Part shown: piece by piece, positions 1 through 9,005 of the stretch
Numbering within the stretch: the first letter of the stretch is position 1
Layout: every line of letters starts with the position of its first letter
From: Bacteroidota bacterium
GTDB lineage: Bacteria > Bacteroidota > Bacteroidia > Chitinophagales > Chitinophagaceae
Reading direction: 5' to 3'
Assembly (NCBI GenBank): GCA_023391315.1
Contig: JAEWBD010000420.1
Coordinates: forward strand, 1 to 57,403
DNA length: 57,403 nucleotides
Made by a program: the position numbers and the translations under genes
Notes under the pieces: generated by a model
What the model saw: only the letters and a program-made list of their open reading frames with translations
The model's database searches: none
What the model was told of the DNA's origin: nothing

Positions 1-225
1 CGTTGTATCAACGCCTGTATCAATTACTGCAACTATTACAGGCGTTGATTTTTTTCCTTTTAAAAGATCATAAGCTTTATTAAGGCTTATACCATCCACA
101 AAATCAGCGGCAGAATCCTGCTGATACCATATTTTCGTATTGATATGGTTAACACTGTTTTGGGCGTTAACTGAAAAACTGCAGCAAACAAAAACCAGCA
201 TCACAATAGCACTCGGTAAACGCAT
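1..225 (-). CDS. S8 (subtilisin-family) serine peptidase, N-terminal part (runs off the window)
   Basis: Not in ORF track. Manual translation from ATG 225: MRLPSAIVMLVFVCCSFSVNAQ...KGKKSTPVIVAVIDTGVDTT, i.e. signal peptide plus the subtilase catalytic Asp motif VAVIDTGVD. Confidence 0.85.
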   Translation of the reverse strand, partial: MRLPSAIVMLVFVCCSFSVNAQNSVNHINTKIWYQQDSAADFVDGISLNKAYDLLKGKKSTPVIVAVIDTGVDTT

Positions 226-385
226 AATAAACTTGATTTTTAAGACGACAAATATCTTTAACAGATAAAGAGTAAATTTTTAAAGAAAGGCAATTTAGGA
301 AACTATTAGTAAAGATAATGGGTGATATGTGAAGGAATACCAAAAAGAACTTCGCAATTATTTTATCATATTTAATTACAAAAAA

Positions 386-1201
386 ATGTATAAGAACCTT
401 AATGTTTTAATGTTACTAATCACAGGTTTATTTATTTTAAACATAAAGCTGCAGGCACAAACAATACCGGTTGATTCAGGTTATTTTAAATCGTTTGACA
501 ATACAAAGATTTATTATGAAATACGGGGCAATGGTTTCCCTGTTTTACTGGTACACGGTTTTATTGTGAACAGTAATTCATGGCGGCATGCGGCTTTATA
601 CGACAGCCTTATTGCTGCAGGAAATAAAGTAATATTGGTGGATTTGCGGGGTAACGGCAAATCTGATAAACCCCATACCGATGCCGCATATAATAACGAT
701 GCGGAAGCAAAAGATTTAATGCTGTTATTAAAACATCTCCACATAAATAAATATGATGTTGTGGGTTATTCGAGAGGTTCAATTATAACAGCAAGATTGC
801 TCGCATTAGATAAAAATGTGCATAAGGCAGTCATGGGCGGCATGGGCTCGGATTTTACCAATCCTTACTGGCCGCGGCGCATACAGTTTTATCATGCATT
901 AGCATTTGACACGGTGGCTTCGCTGCATGCAATGGTGCAGCATGTGCAGAAAGCGGGATTAGACCAGCAGGCACTTGCTTTCCTTCAAAAATACCAGCCT
1001 TCCACGCCAAAAGAAGTATTGGCAAAGATTAAAACGCCTGTGTTGGTTATTCACGGAGACAGTGATGTTGATAATGGCAACGCAGATGAGCTGGCCTCAT
1101 TCTTTCCTAATGCAACAACAGCAGTTACTCCCGGTGATCATAACCATGCGGCTTCTACGCCTGAATTTGCTAAAGCCGTGATGGCGTTTTTGAGAAATTG
1201 A
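386..1201 (+). CDS. Secreted alpha/beta-fold hydrolase
   Basis: HGF oxyanion motif, DLRGNGKSD, GYSRG nucleophile elbow, HGDSD and GDH; signal peptide; ATG 386 preferred over GTG 329. Confidence 0.88.
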   Translation: MYKNLNVLMLLITGLFILNIKLQAQTIPVDSGYFKSFDNTKIYYEIRGNGFPVLLVHGFIVNSNSWRHAALYDSLIAAGNKVILVDLRGNGKSDKPHTDAAYNNDAEAKDLMLLLKHLHINKYDVVGYSRGSIITARLLALDKNVHKAVMGGMGSDFTNPYWPRRIQFYHALAFDTVASLHAMVQHVQKAGLDQQALAFLQKYQPSTPKEVLAKIKTPVLVIHGDSDVDNGNADELASFFPNATTAVTPGDHNHAASTPEFAKAVMAFLRN

Positions 1202-1220
1202 AGTGCTTGGTTATAATAGT

Positions 1221-1760
1221 TTATTGATTGGAAGCAACTTCTTTACCACGTATCCTGATTTCCTGTGATTTTTTAATATTGCTATCGCTTTTTGTAAGCA
1301 ATTTAATAAGCCCTAAATCAATGTTTTCCTTTGCATTCTTAAATTTATCAATATCTATTCGAAGTATATCATTTTCATCAACAAGGTATTTGTCATAATC
1401 TGCATTTATAAGGTTTCCATCAATTGTAAAAACCGCAGGCTTATTTTTTAAATTAGTGTATTTATTTTTTAAATCAGTTAAAGAAATTAATTGGGGCTCA
1501 TATCCCTTTTTTGTAGTAATATAAACTTGTCCAGAGTATTCTATACCGTCAATATTTATAGCTTCATTAATCACATTAATGTTGTCTATGATTTTCGTAT
1601 TGAAAGATGAAATATTAACAAACCGGCCATTTAAAAAGTAAGCTGGCGTATGGGTCGCAGTGTCTTTGTTCGCATACACAATTTTAATTGAAGAATCAAT
1701 TGTTTGTCCATAAATAAATGTTGTTGAAGCAAGCATTGCTAATAAAAAAAGCTGTTTCAT
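1221..1760 (-). CDS. Secreted hypothetical protein with two TonB-plug-like segments
   Basis: 179-aa ORF, signal peptide; PAYFLNG..GQVYITTK and PAVFTIDG..GLIKLLTK. Confidence 0.65.
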   Translation of the reverse strand: MKQLFLLAMLASTTFIYGQTIDSSIKIVYANKDTATHTPAYFLNGRFVNISSFNTKIIDNINVINEAINIDGIEYSGQVYITTKKGYEPQLISLTDLKNKYTNLKNKPAVFTIDGNLINADYDKYLVDENDILRIDIDKFKNAKENIDLGLIKLLTKSDSNIKKSQEIRIRGKEVASNQ

Positions 1761-1893
1761 AATATTTGGTTTTTAGGTTAATGTATATACTCCTTAATGT
1801 TGTATGTCTTCTCAAATTTAAGAGTTAAAAATGCTCCAAATCAATATCGTAATACCAGGCAGGTTTTGATGGTATCGATAAATAATTGCAGAA

Positions 1894-2097
1894 TTACAAT
1901 TTCAGGGATTTATTAAAGAAATCATTTTTCAGACTGCTCCACTCATGTTTTAAAATGCTATAGTAAACTGTGTTGCGCCTGAAGCCATCATACATTAACG
2001 TGTGGTGTCTTAAAATGCCTTCAAATTTTCCCCCGACTTTTTCAATTGCTTTTCTTGATGTTATATTTCTTTCGTCTGTTTTAAACTAAACTCTTTC
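1894..2097 (-). pseudogene. C-terminal remnant of a RimJ/RimL-type GNAT acetyltransferase
   Basis: Manual translation ERV*FKTDERNITSRKAIEKVGGKFEGILRHHTLMYDGFRRNTVYYSILKHEW...; in-frame TAG at 2086-2088; N-terminal half absent. Confidence 0.8.
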
Positions 2098-2145
2098 AGG
2101 CGGGATGTGTTACTTATTCAAAATAGGGCGTTTTTTATTCTGCCA

Positions 2146-2634
2146 TTAGTTGTCAAGTTTGTAAATCAATTCTTCAATTTCTTTTTGACGGGCATTTGCA
2201 AAACCCCTGTCAGAGCCGATTTTGACAAAACCACATTTTTCTAACACTTTCTGGGAACCGACATTGTCAAATGCAACTCGTCCAAATATTGGTCTTGCAG
2301 TTTCCATGTCTAAAAAATCTTTAAGAGCTTTTGTCGCTATTCCGTGTCCCCAAAATTTTCTATCTATCCAATAAGTGATTTCTGCGTCTCCTTCCATTAC
2401 AAACTTGGCAATACTTCCCACAATAATATTGCCGAGAACGATTGTTTGATTATTTACTGTAGGTTCGTCTAATAATTTTGTGTATTTGCTTAAGTAAGCA
2501 GGTTTGTCTACCGGGTCTTTGGGCATAAATGCAGCTAAATAACCACCTTCCTTGTCAAGTTGAAATTCAAATAAAATATCCAAGTCGGCTACTTCTGTCG
2601 GTCTGAGTTTTATGTCAAGTTTGCTATTCGTCAT
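2146..2634 (-). CDS. GNAT N-acetyltransferase (RimJ/RimL family)
   Basis: YWIDRKFWGHGIAT acetyl-CoA motif and DNVGSQKVLEKCGF; likely start ATG 2634. Confidence 0.9.
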   Translation of the reverse strand: MTNSKLDIKLRPTEVADLDILFEFQLDKEGGYLAAFMPKDPVDKPAYLSKYTKLLDEPTVNNQTIVLGNIIVGSIAKFVMEGDAEITYWIDRKFWGHGIATKALKDFLDMETARPIFGRVAFDNVGSQKVLEKCGFVKIGSDRGFANARQKEIEELIYKLDN

Positions 2635-2882
2635 TAACGTTATGCGTATTTGAATTCTACCTGTATGTGTTGTCTTAAAATGCCATAACACGCTAATTTA
2701 TATTATTAAACCACACTTTACAAAGCGTTTCCATTGTTGAAAATAAAAACTTTAATCTTCATTCTTTTTGTATTGTCGTTGCGCAATACAGTTTATTATT
2801 CAATCTATTTTTCTACAGAAATAAGAATGATGTATAGCAAAGGAGCCGGCAGGTTTAAAGGCCCACCAGCCCTTTTAAACAT

Positions 2883-4037
2883 TTAATTCTCCATTATCGC
2901 TTCCCTTCTGAAACCAATCACTTTTGTTTTAACCGGTTCAGGATTTACGTCATCAGCATTTGTTATCTCAGCTAGCGTTAACGGTTTATTGATCTCAGTT
3001 TTTAATCCCAAATGATCGTTCAGTTTTCTTGCTTTATCAACCGACAATTTTCCAAACTCATATCTCGCTATCAATCTTCCTTTGCGCAGCAGAGCGCTGT
3101 CAATAAATGCAAGTTCACTGTTGAACGTACAGATGATCTGCACATTCAAACAATCGCTCAGCAATCCATCGCTGATGTTCAGCAGATTGCTTACACTGCT
3201 CTGGCTGCTGTATTTTCTGTCCATTATAATATTTTCAGCGTCTTCAATTACCAGCACTGCATTTGGATTATCCAATAATAAATCCATGAATTCAGGATTC
3301 ATCAGGTTGCCTGCAACACTTGGAGCAACAAACATCACCTTCTTCTTAAGATTACCAATCAGGTATCTTAAGTAAGTTGTTTTACCGGTACCTGGCAAGC
3401 CATGCAGCAATACAATACCCTTATCATTTTCTTTGCCTAATCTTTCCTTTATTACCGCATCTACTGCTTTAAAATCATCGTTATAATAAAGATCAATGTC
3501 CAATGTTGTTGGCTTGATGGATAATGTTTTAAGATCAAGATTATTGTTGTTTAAAGAAATGATATTGATCTCATAATCCTTCTCTTTTTGCCGCGCTTTG
3601 CAGGTTTTAAAATCTGCAAGGACTATTCTCGCCAGGTCATAACTTGCTGTATCAAAGTAAACATCGCTCCAGTCATCCATCATTCGTATAACAATCTTAT
3701 TTTCCAGCACAAACAATGTTTTGGAAAAACGAACAGTATCATCATCCCAGTTGTGATAAATACGCTGAAAAGATTCCAGCACATTGCCATACTTATTTGT
3801 TTTTACCAAATCAAAAAGTTTGTTGATATCAACATTTCCTATGTATGCTACACAAGGCACCGTATTAAAAACCACTGTATAAAAATATCTTGGTTCAATG
3901 AAATAATTATCAAAGAACTGGGCAGTATTGCCCGCCTTTATCTTCGAAATTTTCAGCCTGTATTTCCACTTGCTTTTATAATTGTGTAGTATTGATACAA
4001 TGCATATTATTATTACAATACTTATTATTGAGCCCAT
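2883..4037 (-). CDS. AAA+ family ATPase with N-terminal membrane anchor
   Basis: Walker A GLPGTGKT, Walker B VLVIEDAE, SRH-like DSALLRKGR; hydrophobic N-terminus. Confidence 0.88.
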   Translation of the reverse strand: MGSIISIVIIICIVSILHNYKSKWKYRLKISKIKAGNTAQFFDNYFIEPRYFYTVVFNTVPCVAYIGNVDINKLFDLVKTNKYGNVLESFQRIYHNWDDDTVRFSKTLFVLENKIVIRMMDDWSDVYFDTASYDLARIVLADFKTCKARQKEKDYEINIISLNNNNLDLKTLSIKPTTLDIDLYYNDDFKAVDAVIKERLGKENDKGIVLLHGLPGTGKTTYLRYLIGNLKKKVMFVAPSVAGNLMNPEFMDLLLDNPNAVLVIEDAENIIMDRKYSSQSSVSNLLNISDGLLSDCLNVQIICTFNSELAFIDSALLRKGRLIARYEFGKLSVDKARKLNDHLGLKTEINKPLTLAEITNADDVNPEPVKTKVIGFRREAIMEN

Positions 4038-4062
4038 AATTATTTGTTTTTCGACCGGGCAT

Positions 4063-4102
4063 AAAAAACCCGGCCATTATTAATTTTATTTATGGCCGGG
4101 TT
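4063..4102 (-). terminator. Intrinsic terminator/attenuator upstream of the AAA ATPase
   Basis: Minus strand aacccggccat...atggccgggtt followed by a T-run, about 25 nt before the ATG. Confidence 0.75.
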
Positions 4103-4119
4103 ATACAAATGCTACATAA

Positions 4120-4161
4120 CTACGACCGTAATTTGTTTTTAATTATTGAATGCATTATCAT
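4120..4161 (-). CDS. Candidate 13-aa leader peptide MIMHSIIKNKLRS
   Basis: Short ORF after an A-rich start region, ending 17 nt upstream of the terminator hairpin. Confidence 0.45.
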   Translation of the reverse strand: MIMHSIIKNKLRS

Positions 4162-4234
4162 TATCTTTTATCTAGCAGAGGAGCATTATAAAAACTATAT
4201 CTGTTAATTATAAAAATCCACTCAAAATCCTGGT

Positions 4235-5653
4235 TCAGACCTTTACCTTCTTCCACCCGCCACGTTTAAAAAAATACCATGCAACAATAGTGATCAACGT
4301 TTCAGCTACAGGTATGGATACGAATACACCTGTTGGCCCAAAATCGAAATATAAAGTGAGCAGGTACGCTAATGGTATCTGGAAAAACCAAAAGCCTGCA
4401 AGGTTTATCCACGTTGGCGTCCAGCTATCCCCGGCGCCGTTGAAAGCATTTGCCATTACCATGCCTATACCATAAAATATATAACCTGAGGCCATGATGC
4501 GCAATGCCTTTACAGCAATTTCCTTTACCGCCTCATCGTTGGTAAAAAAGCTAATAACAGGATAGGCGCCTAACAGGAATATTAATGATACAAGCCCCAT
4601 AAATACACCATTATATTTTGCTGTTTTTATAACACTCTCTTCTGCACGCTGCAACTGTTTTGCGCCAAGGTTTTGGCCAACCAATGTTGCGGCGGCATTG
4701 CTTAATCCCCAGGCGGGCAGTATAAAAAATACCACCACCCGTAATGCTGTTTGATAACCTGCAGATGTTACACTGTGGCCGGTATCCGCTACCAGTCTTG
4801 CCAGCACCACCCAACTGCATGAAGCAATAATAAACTGGAACACTGCTGGCGCCGCAATATTGATAAGCGATTTGAGAATTGACCAGTCAACATTAAAATG
4901 CCTGCGTTGTATTTTAATAATGCCATCACCTTTGAATAAATGATATAACTGGTAACACACGCCAATGCCTCTTCCCGTAGTAGTTGCTATGGCTGCACCT
5001 GTTAAGCCAAGTGCCGGAACGGGGCCAAGGCCGCGGATAAGCACCGGGCAGAGAATGATATTGCAAATATTGGCAAGCCACAAACTCTTCATAGCCATTG
5101 ATGCATCACCTGCACCGCGAAATATGCCATTGATAAGAAAAAGCAGCATGATAATTACATCGCTTCCCATATCAATGCGGGCGAAGGTGGTACCTATGGC
5201 TACCGTTCTTTCATCAGCGCCCATAGCCCGCAAAATATCGTCAGCAAATACAACACCCAGTATGCTTAGTATGATGGCTATTGAACAGGCTAGCCATAAT
5301 GACTGAACGGCTGAATGCGCCGCTTCATCGGCATTCTTCTCTCCTATCCGCCTTGATACTACCGCTGTTGCTGCCATGCTTAAACCAAAAGCAGCAGAAT
5401 ATATAATTGAAAGAACTGATTCGGTTAAACTTACAGATTGTAATGTGTGTTCGGCATCAGGTAAATGCCCCACAAAAAATAAATCTACCAATGCAAATAC
5501 ACTCTCCATGCTCATTTCCAATATCATTGGTATAGCCAGCATGATGATGGCTTTGCGTAAACTGCCTTGTGTATAATCCATTTCAACACCCCTGATGGCA
5601 TTGCCGGCAAGTGCCAAAAAGCCTTTTGACTTATAGGTTAGTCGTCTCAACAT
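4235..5653 (-). CDS. MATE family efflux transporter
   Basis: About 12 TM segments; LAIPMILE, VDLFFVGHL, RRIGEKN, GQNLGAK, RGAGD motifs. Confidence 0.93.
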   Translation of the reverse strand: MLRRLTYKSKGFLALAGNAIRGVEMDYTQGSLRKAIIMLAIPMILEMSMESVFALVDLFFVGHLPDAEHTLQSVSLTESVLSIIYSAAFGLSMAATAVVSRRIGEKNADEAAHSAVQSLWLACSIAIILSILGVVFADDILRAMGADERTVAIGTTFARIDMGSDVIIMLLFLINGIFRGAGDASMAMKSLWLANICNIILCPVLIRGLGPVPALGLTGAAIATTTGRGIGVCYQLYHLFKGDGIIKIQRRHFNVDWSILKSLINIAAPAVFQFIIASCSWVVLARLVADTGHSVTSAGYQTALRVVVFFILPAWGLSNAAATLVGQNLGAKQLQRAEESVIKTAKYNGVFMGLVSLIFLLGAYPVISFFTNDEAVKEIAVKALRIMASGYIFYGIGMVMANAFNGAGDSWTPTWINLAGFWFFQIPLAYLLTLYFDFGPTGVFVSIPVAETLITIVAWYFFKRGGWKKVKV

Positions 5654-5704
5654 TTTAATTTGGTTTTAAATATTTTGTTATACTAAAATTCTCAGGCGGG
5701 CAAT

Positions 5705-5727
5705 AAAAAACCCCGTTGGTAGCGGGG
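5705..5727 (-). terminator. Intrinsic terminator/attenuator upstream of the MATE gene
   Basis: Minus strand ccccgct-acc-aacgggg followed by tttttt. Confidence 0.7.
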
Positions 5728-5757
5728 CTGTTTATAATCAGTTAGTAACAGTTGTGT

Positions 5758-5853
5758 TTAGCTGAAATAAGCTGCTATGCCCGCAATCGGATTGTTTACC
5801 GGGACGAAATTTATTTCCCAGGTATCATCCTTTTGTATAAATGAGCATAACAT
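5758..5853 (-). CDS. Candidate 31-aa leader peptide MLCSFIQKDDTWEINFVPVNNPIAGIAAYFS
   Basis: Open frame lying between a promoter-like site and the terminator. Confidence 0.45.
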   Translation of the reverse strand: MLCSFIQKDDTWEINFVPVNNPIAGIAAYFS

Positions 5854-5880
5854 TTTCACTGTTCAATTTTTTTAGAGACG

Positions 5881-5911
5881 CGAAGTTGGGGATATTTTTA
5901 TTACCCACAAA
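5881..5911 (-). promoter_or_regulatory. Bacteroidota housekeeping-type promoter for leader/MATE
   Basis: TTTG-N19-CAACTTCG on the minus strand, close to the TTTG-N19-21-TAnnTTTG consensus. Confidence 0.5.
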
Positions 5912-5986
5912 TTTTTTTAAGATTTTTTTTAGATTTTTTTTATTAGTGAAATGCTATTGTATAACAACCTGTAATTAATTATAGAA

Positions 5987-6349
5987 TTAATATTGATTGG
6001 TGCTTAGCAAAACCAATGTGCAGGCCTGCATTGGCTGTATATTATTTTCAAGTGCAAGTTCAGCCAGCTCTTCGTTTTCAGCGCCGGGATTAAAGATGAT
6101 TCGTTTAGGATGCAACGAGAGAATATAATCGTAATACTGTTTTTGATTCTGGGCGTTCAAATAAAGCGTTACCGTATCCACATCTTCAACATTAATGGTT
6201 TCGTTTATTATATCAATATCATTTATCTGCCCTTTTCTTTTGCCGATAGGTATTACGGTATGCCCATGCGCTGCCAGCCTGCCGGTTGCAAGATTGCTGT
6301 ATCGTGCGGGATTGGGAGATGCCCCTAATACTACAGTTTTTTTATTCAT
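5987..6349 (-). CDS. CoA-binding protein (YccU-like)
   Basis: VVLGASPNPARYS, DTVTLYL, IIFNPGAEN, ACTLVLL; likely start ATG 6349. Confidence 0.9.
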   Translation of the reverse strand: MNKKTVVLGASPNPARYSNLATGRLAAHGHTVIPIGKRKGQINDIDIINETINVEDVDTVTLYLNAQNQKQYYDYILSLHPKRIIFNPGAENEELAELALENNIQPMQACTLVLLSTNQY

Positions 6350-6414
6350 ATTGAAAATTATAAATATTGTAAAAATCCGAAAAATGTTTGATGAAAGATT
6401 TGTTGTTAAACCTT

Positions 6415-6422
6415 TACATTTG
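6415..6422 (+). promoter_or_regulatory. -7 promoter box for the tRNA
   Basis: TACATTTG matches TAnnTTTG, 11 nt upstream of the tRNA. Confidence 0.6.
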
Positions 6423-6433
6423 CGGCAATTAAT

Positions 6434-6505
6434 GGCCCTGTAGTTCAATGGATAGAATAGAAGTTTCCTAAACTTTAGATACAGGTTCGATTCCTGTCGG
6501 GGCTA
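6434..6505 (+). tRNA. tRNA-Arg (anticodon CCT), CCA not encoded
   Basis: Acceptor GGCCCTG/CGGGGCT, D-arm, anticodon arm GAAGT-TTCCTAA-ACTTT, T-arm ACAGG-TTCGATT-CCTGT. Confidence 0.95.
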
Positions 6506-6513
6506 CTTACTTC

Positions 6514-6551
6514 CGGAAGGCATGTTTTAATACTTGCTTTCCGTTTTTTTT
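6514..6551 (+). terminator. tRNA terminator
   Basis: cggaaggca...tgctttccg followed by a T-run. Confidence 0.7.
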
Positions 6552-6790
6552 GGTGAACCCCCGATCCTGTGAATATTCGGCCAGATGTTATAAATACCAC
6601 TGCTGCAGATTGCCAACAGCGCACTTCTAAACAAGGCTTTATTAGCTTTTGAATAATCAATATTGATACCAGATTGAAGAAACAGTGAGTTTTGAAAAAA
6701 GGGCGTAACCGAAAAATGAAACGGGTAGGATAAACCCCGGGTTATATTACGGGTGCTTAATCTTATTCAATTAAATTTTTGAACTGCGTC

Positions 6791-6826
6791 AAAAAAAATT
6801 TCCCGCCAGGAATGGCAGGAAATTTT
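6791..6826 (-). terminator. Terminator, probably of the hpf transcript
   Basis: Minus strand aaaatttcctgcca-ttcc-tggcgggaaatttt plus T-run. Confidence 0.7.
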
Positions 6827-6913
6827 CAACCCTAAACCCTTAAAAAGCTAAGTTACGAACAAGTTCGCAAATATTCAAATGAAATTAGAGGAACCGGAAA
6901 GTGGTATGTCAGG

Positions 6914-7141
6914 CTACCGCTTTTTATTAATCGTTTTTAATCGCAAAGAATCAAGCTTGCGCAATAACGATGGCAGCGTTATATATTTTCTCCTCGCATA
7001 ATGCATCATAACAAATAAAAGAGGTATAGTAAGCATGAGCAATCAATGGAAGCCCGAACCACTAAAATATTCCGGCCTAATTATCACGCAGTTTATAAGC
7101 ACAATAATTAAAAAAACGGCCAGGAATAGCAGAATGTATTT
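6914..7141 (-). pseudogene. Degraded small membrane-protein frame resembling the N-terminal TM hairpin of the 15314 protein
   Basis: KYILLFLAVFLIIVLINCVIIRPEYFSGSGFH*LLMLTIPLLFVMMHYARRK...; internal TGA at 7043-7045; no intact start for the full frame. Confidence 0.35.
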
Positions 7142-7174
7142 TTATTTCGAGATATTATAATGCGATTTGATTAA

Positions 7175-7489
7175 CTATACAATTACTACTCTTTCGGCAA
7201 GTAACCTGCTTTTATTTCTTCTTAAAATTTCCTGCAGCACATCCACCGATTGCGAAACGGCCCTGCGATAACCTATACTGCTTTTTTTCACATAGTGATC
7301 ATAGCCGGGCACTTCCAGTCTTATCTCGCATAACCTGTTTTCATGTTTTTTGCTTGCACCTTTTCTAAGAATTACGTTCGCACGAATAATGTTATCGCAT
7401 TGGTCGAATAACTTTTTTACTTTCTCTTTTATGAATGCTTCAAGATCTTTGCCTGCTTTAAAATCTACCGATTTGATAATGATGTTCAT
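7175..7489 (-). CDS. hpf: Ribosome hibernation promoting factor / RaiA (sigma54 modulation, S30EA family)
   Basis: 104 aa; LEAFIKEKVKKL, CEIRLEVPG pattern typical of short HPF. Confidence 0.85.
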   Translation of the reverse strand: MNIIIKSVDFKAGKDLEAFIKEKVKKLFDQCDNIIRANVILRKGASKKHENRLCEIRLEVPGYDHYVKKSSIGYRRAVSQSVDVLQEILRRNKSRLLAERVVIV

Positions 7490-7556
7490 AAGATTATTTT
7501 ATAGTGAAGAAATATTTCAAAAGCAATAATTAATTGCATGACTTTCAGCCTTTATT

Positions 7557-7614
7557 CAAAGCTAAATTGAAGTTATTAGAAAGGGGTTAAGAACAAATTA
7601 GAAAGTCATTAAAT
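7557..7614 (-). promoter_or_regulatory. hpf promoter with 4 heptamer repeats at 11-bp period
   Basis: Minus strand ATTTAAT-n4-TTCTAAT-n4-TCTTAAC-n4-TTCTAAT-n10-TAGCTTTG. Confidence 0.75.
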
Positions 7615-9005
7615 TATTTTTGACGCACATTTTCGGCAATTGGAAGCTGAATTAAAAAAGTCGTGCCTTTGTTTACGATGGAGTTAACTTTTATTTGTCC
7701 TTTATGCAATTTAATAATGCGGTATACCAGCGGCAGGCCTACGCCAAAACCTTTTGTTGATTTGCTGTCTTCACTTCTGTAAAACGGCTGAAAAATATTT
7801 TTCAGATCACTTTCAGCAATACCTTTTCCATCATCTTCAATAATAATATAAATTTCTTTAGGCTGAACGAGTAATTTTACTACTGCATGATGGTCCGTCG
7901 AATATTTGCAGGAGTTAGAAACAACATTTTTTATAGCGGAAAGCAATAGCTCGGCATTGCCAAATACCAATAACCTGTCTTCATTTTCCGGCAATTGTTC
8001 AAACTCCAGCTTCACGGAATATTCTTTATCCACTTTTGTAATCTCGCCCGGCAACTGCATCAGTATTTCATCAATTCTAATTGAATTAATTTCAATACCA
8101 CCCTTTATGCCTGATACTGTTGCAAATTCCAATAATGTTTGTGTAAGTTTAGCCAGGTTGCGCACATCCTGGTAAACGGATTGCATGATGCCGCGGTACT
8201 CTTTAGCCTCCCTGTTTCGCTGCAGCGATACTTCCAGTTGGCTTGAAATTGAAGTAAGCGGCGTGGTTAATTCATGAGACACAGAAGAAATAAACCTGCG
8301 TTGCATTTCAAAGCTTTGCTGCAAACGGTCTAATAACTCATTTAAGGTTTCTGTAAGATAATTCCATTCATCTCTCGCACTCCCGGGTTTTATCCTGTGC
8401 TCAAGATTCTGTGCTGAAATGTCTTTCACATCATCTGCAATCTTCTTTATCGGCTTCAATAATATGTTTGAAAAAACATAACCCAGTGTAAACGCGGCCA
8501 GGTTGCCGCATGCAAAAATTATCAGTAAAATAATTTTGAGATGATGCAGGTTACGCTTGCCTTCTTCATCAAATGCAGCAGCTATAATAACAGGATGATA
8601 ATTAACCCCGGTATCGTACCAGGCAACGACTTCACGGTTGCCATCGGTAAAAAAATATGCTTTATCAATTCTTGCCTTGTCCAGTATGGCGGCAGTAACC
8701 TGCAAACTATCCTGTGGCATATCACTGTCAGTATATATTTTTTCATTAAAAGAATTATATACCTGTATCGTTTTATCGCGCATTGGTATCACCGTAAGTG
8801 AATCTATCTTTTTCATCAGCGCAGGGTTAAAGGCCGCGGTATCGTTCAGCATGTTGGCCGTGGTTATAGCCTGGTTTGTTAAATGCGCCTTCATATTTTC
8901 CAGTCTGATGTTGTAAAAAAAATAATAAATGCTGCCGCAAAACAGCCCAAGTAATACACACAGTATGAATGTAAACAGCAAGGTTATTTTTATTCTTACA
9001 TGCAT
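7614..9005 (-). CDS. HAMP-domain sensor histidine kinase (CusS/ArlS-like)
   Basis: Two TM helices, HAMP, H-box SHELTTPL, N box NVVSNSCKYS, DDGKGI, GFGVGL. Confidence 0.95.
   Translation of the reverse strand: MHVRIKITLLFTFILCVLLGLFCGSIYYFFYNIRLENMKAHLTNQAITTANMLNDTAAFNPALMKKIDSLTVIPMRDKTIQVYNSFNEKIYTDSDMPQDSLQVTAAILDKARIDKAYFFTDGNREVVAWYDTGVNYHPVIIAAAFDEEGKRNLHHLKIILLIIFACGNLAAFTLGYVFSNILLKPIKKIADDVKDISAQNLEHRIKPGSARDEWNYLTETLNELLDRLQQSFEMQRRFISSVSHELTTPLTSISSQLEVSLQRNREAKEYRGIMQSVYQDVRNLAKLTQTLLEFATVSGIKGGIEINSIRIDEILMQLPGEITKVDKEYSVKLEFEQLPENEDRLLVFGNAELLLSAIKNVVSNSCKYSTDHHAVVKLLVQPKEIYIIIEDDGKGIAESDLKNIFQPFYRSEDSKSTKGFGVGLPLVYRIIKLHKGQIKVNSIVNKGTTFLIQLPIAENVRQK

Noticed and set aside
2001..2684. 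19-bp near-direct repeat TGTG(G/T)TGTCTTAAAATGCC at 2001 and 2666 flanking the GNAT gene, suggesting a cassette or target duplication
   Set aside because: The first copy lies within the coding remnant (GILRHH) of the GNAT pseudogene; only two copies, no attC-like palindrome or integrase; coincidence cannot be excluded.
6350..6448. N-terminal extension of the CoA-binding ORF (and similar extensions at 329, 9814, 24865, 27367, 40253, 51072, 52275, 56494)
   Set aside because: They overlap promoters, the tRNA or operators, or precede the recognisable domain start; downstream ATGs fit better.
6475..6660. 61-aa minus-strand ORF
   Set aside because: Antisense to the tRNA and its terminator; spurious.
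6755..6782. GCTTAATCTTATTCAAT resembling the regulator heptamers
   Set aside because: Only one good heptamer, wrong spacing to any -7 box and no downstream gene.
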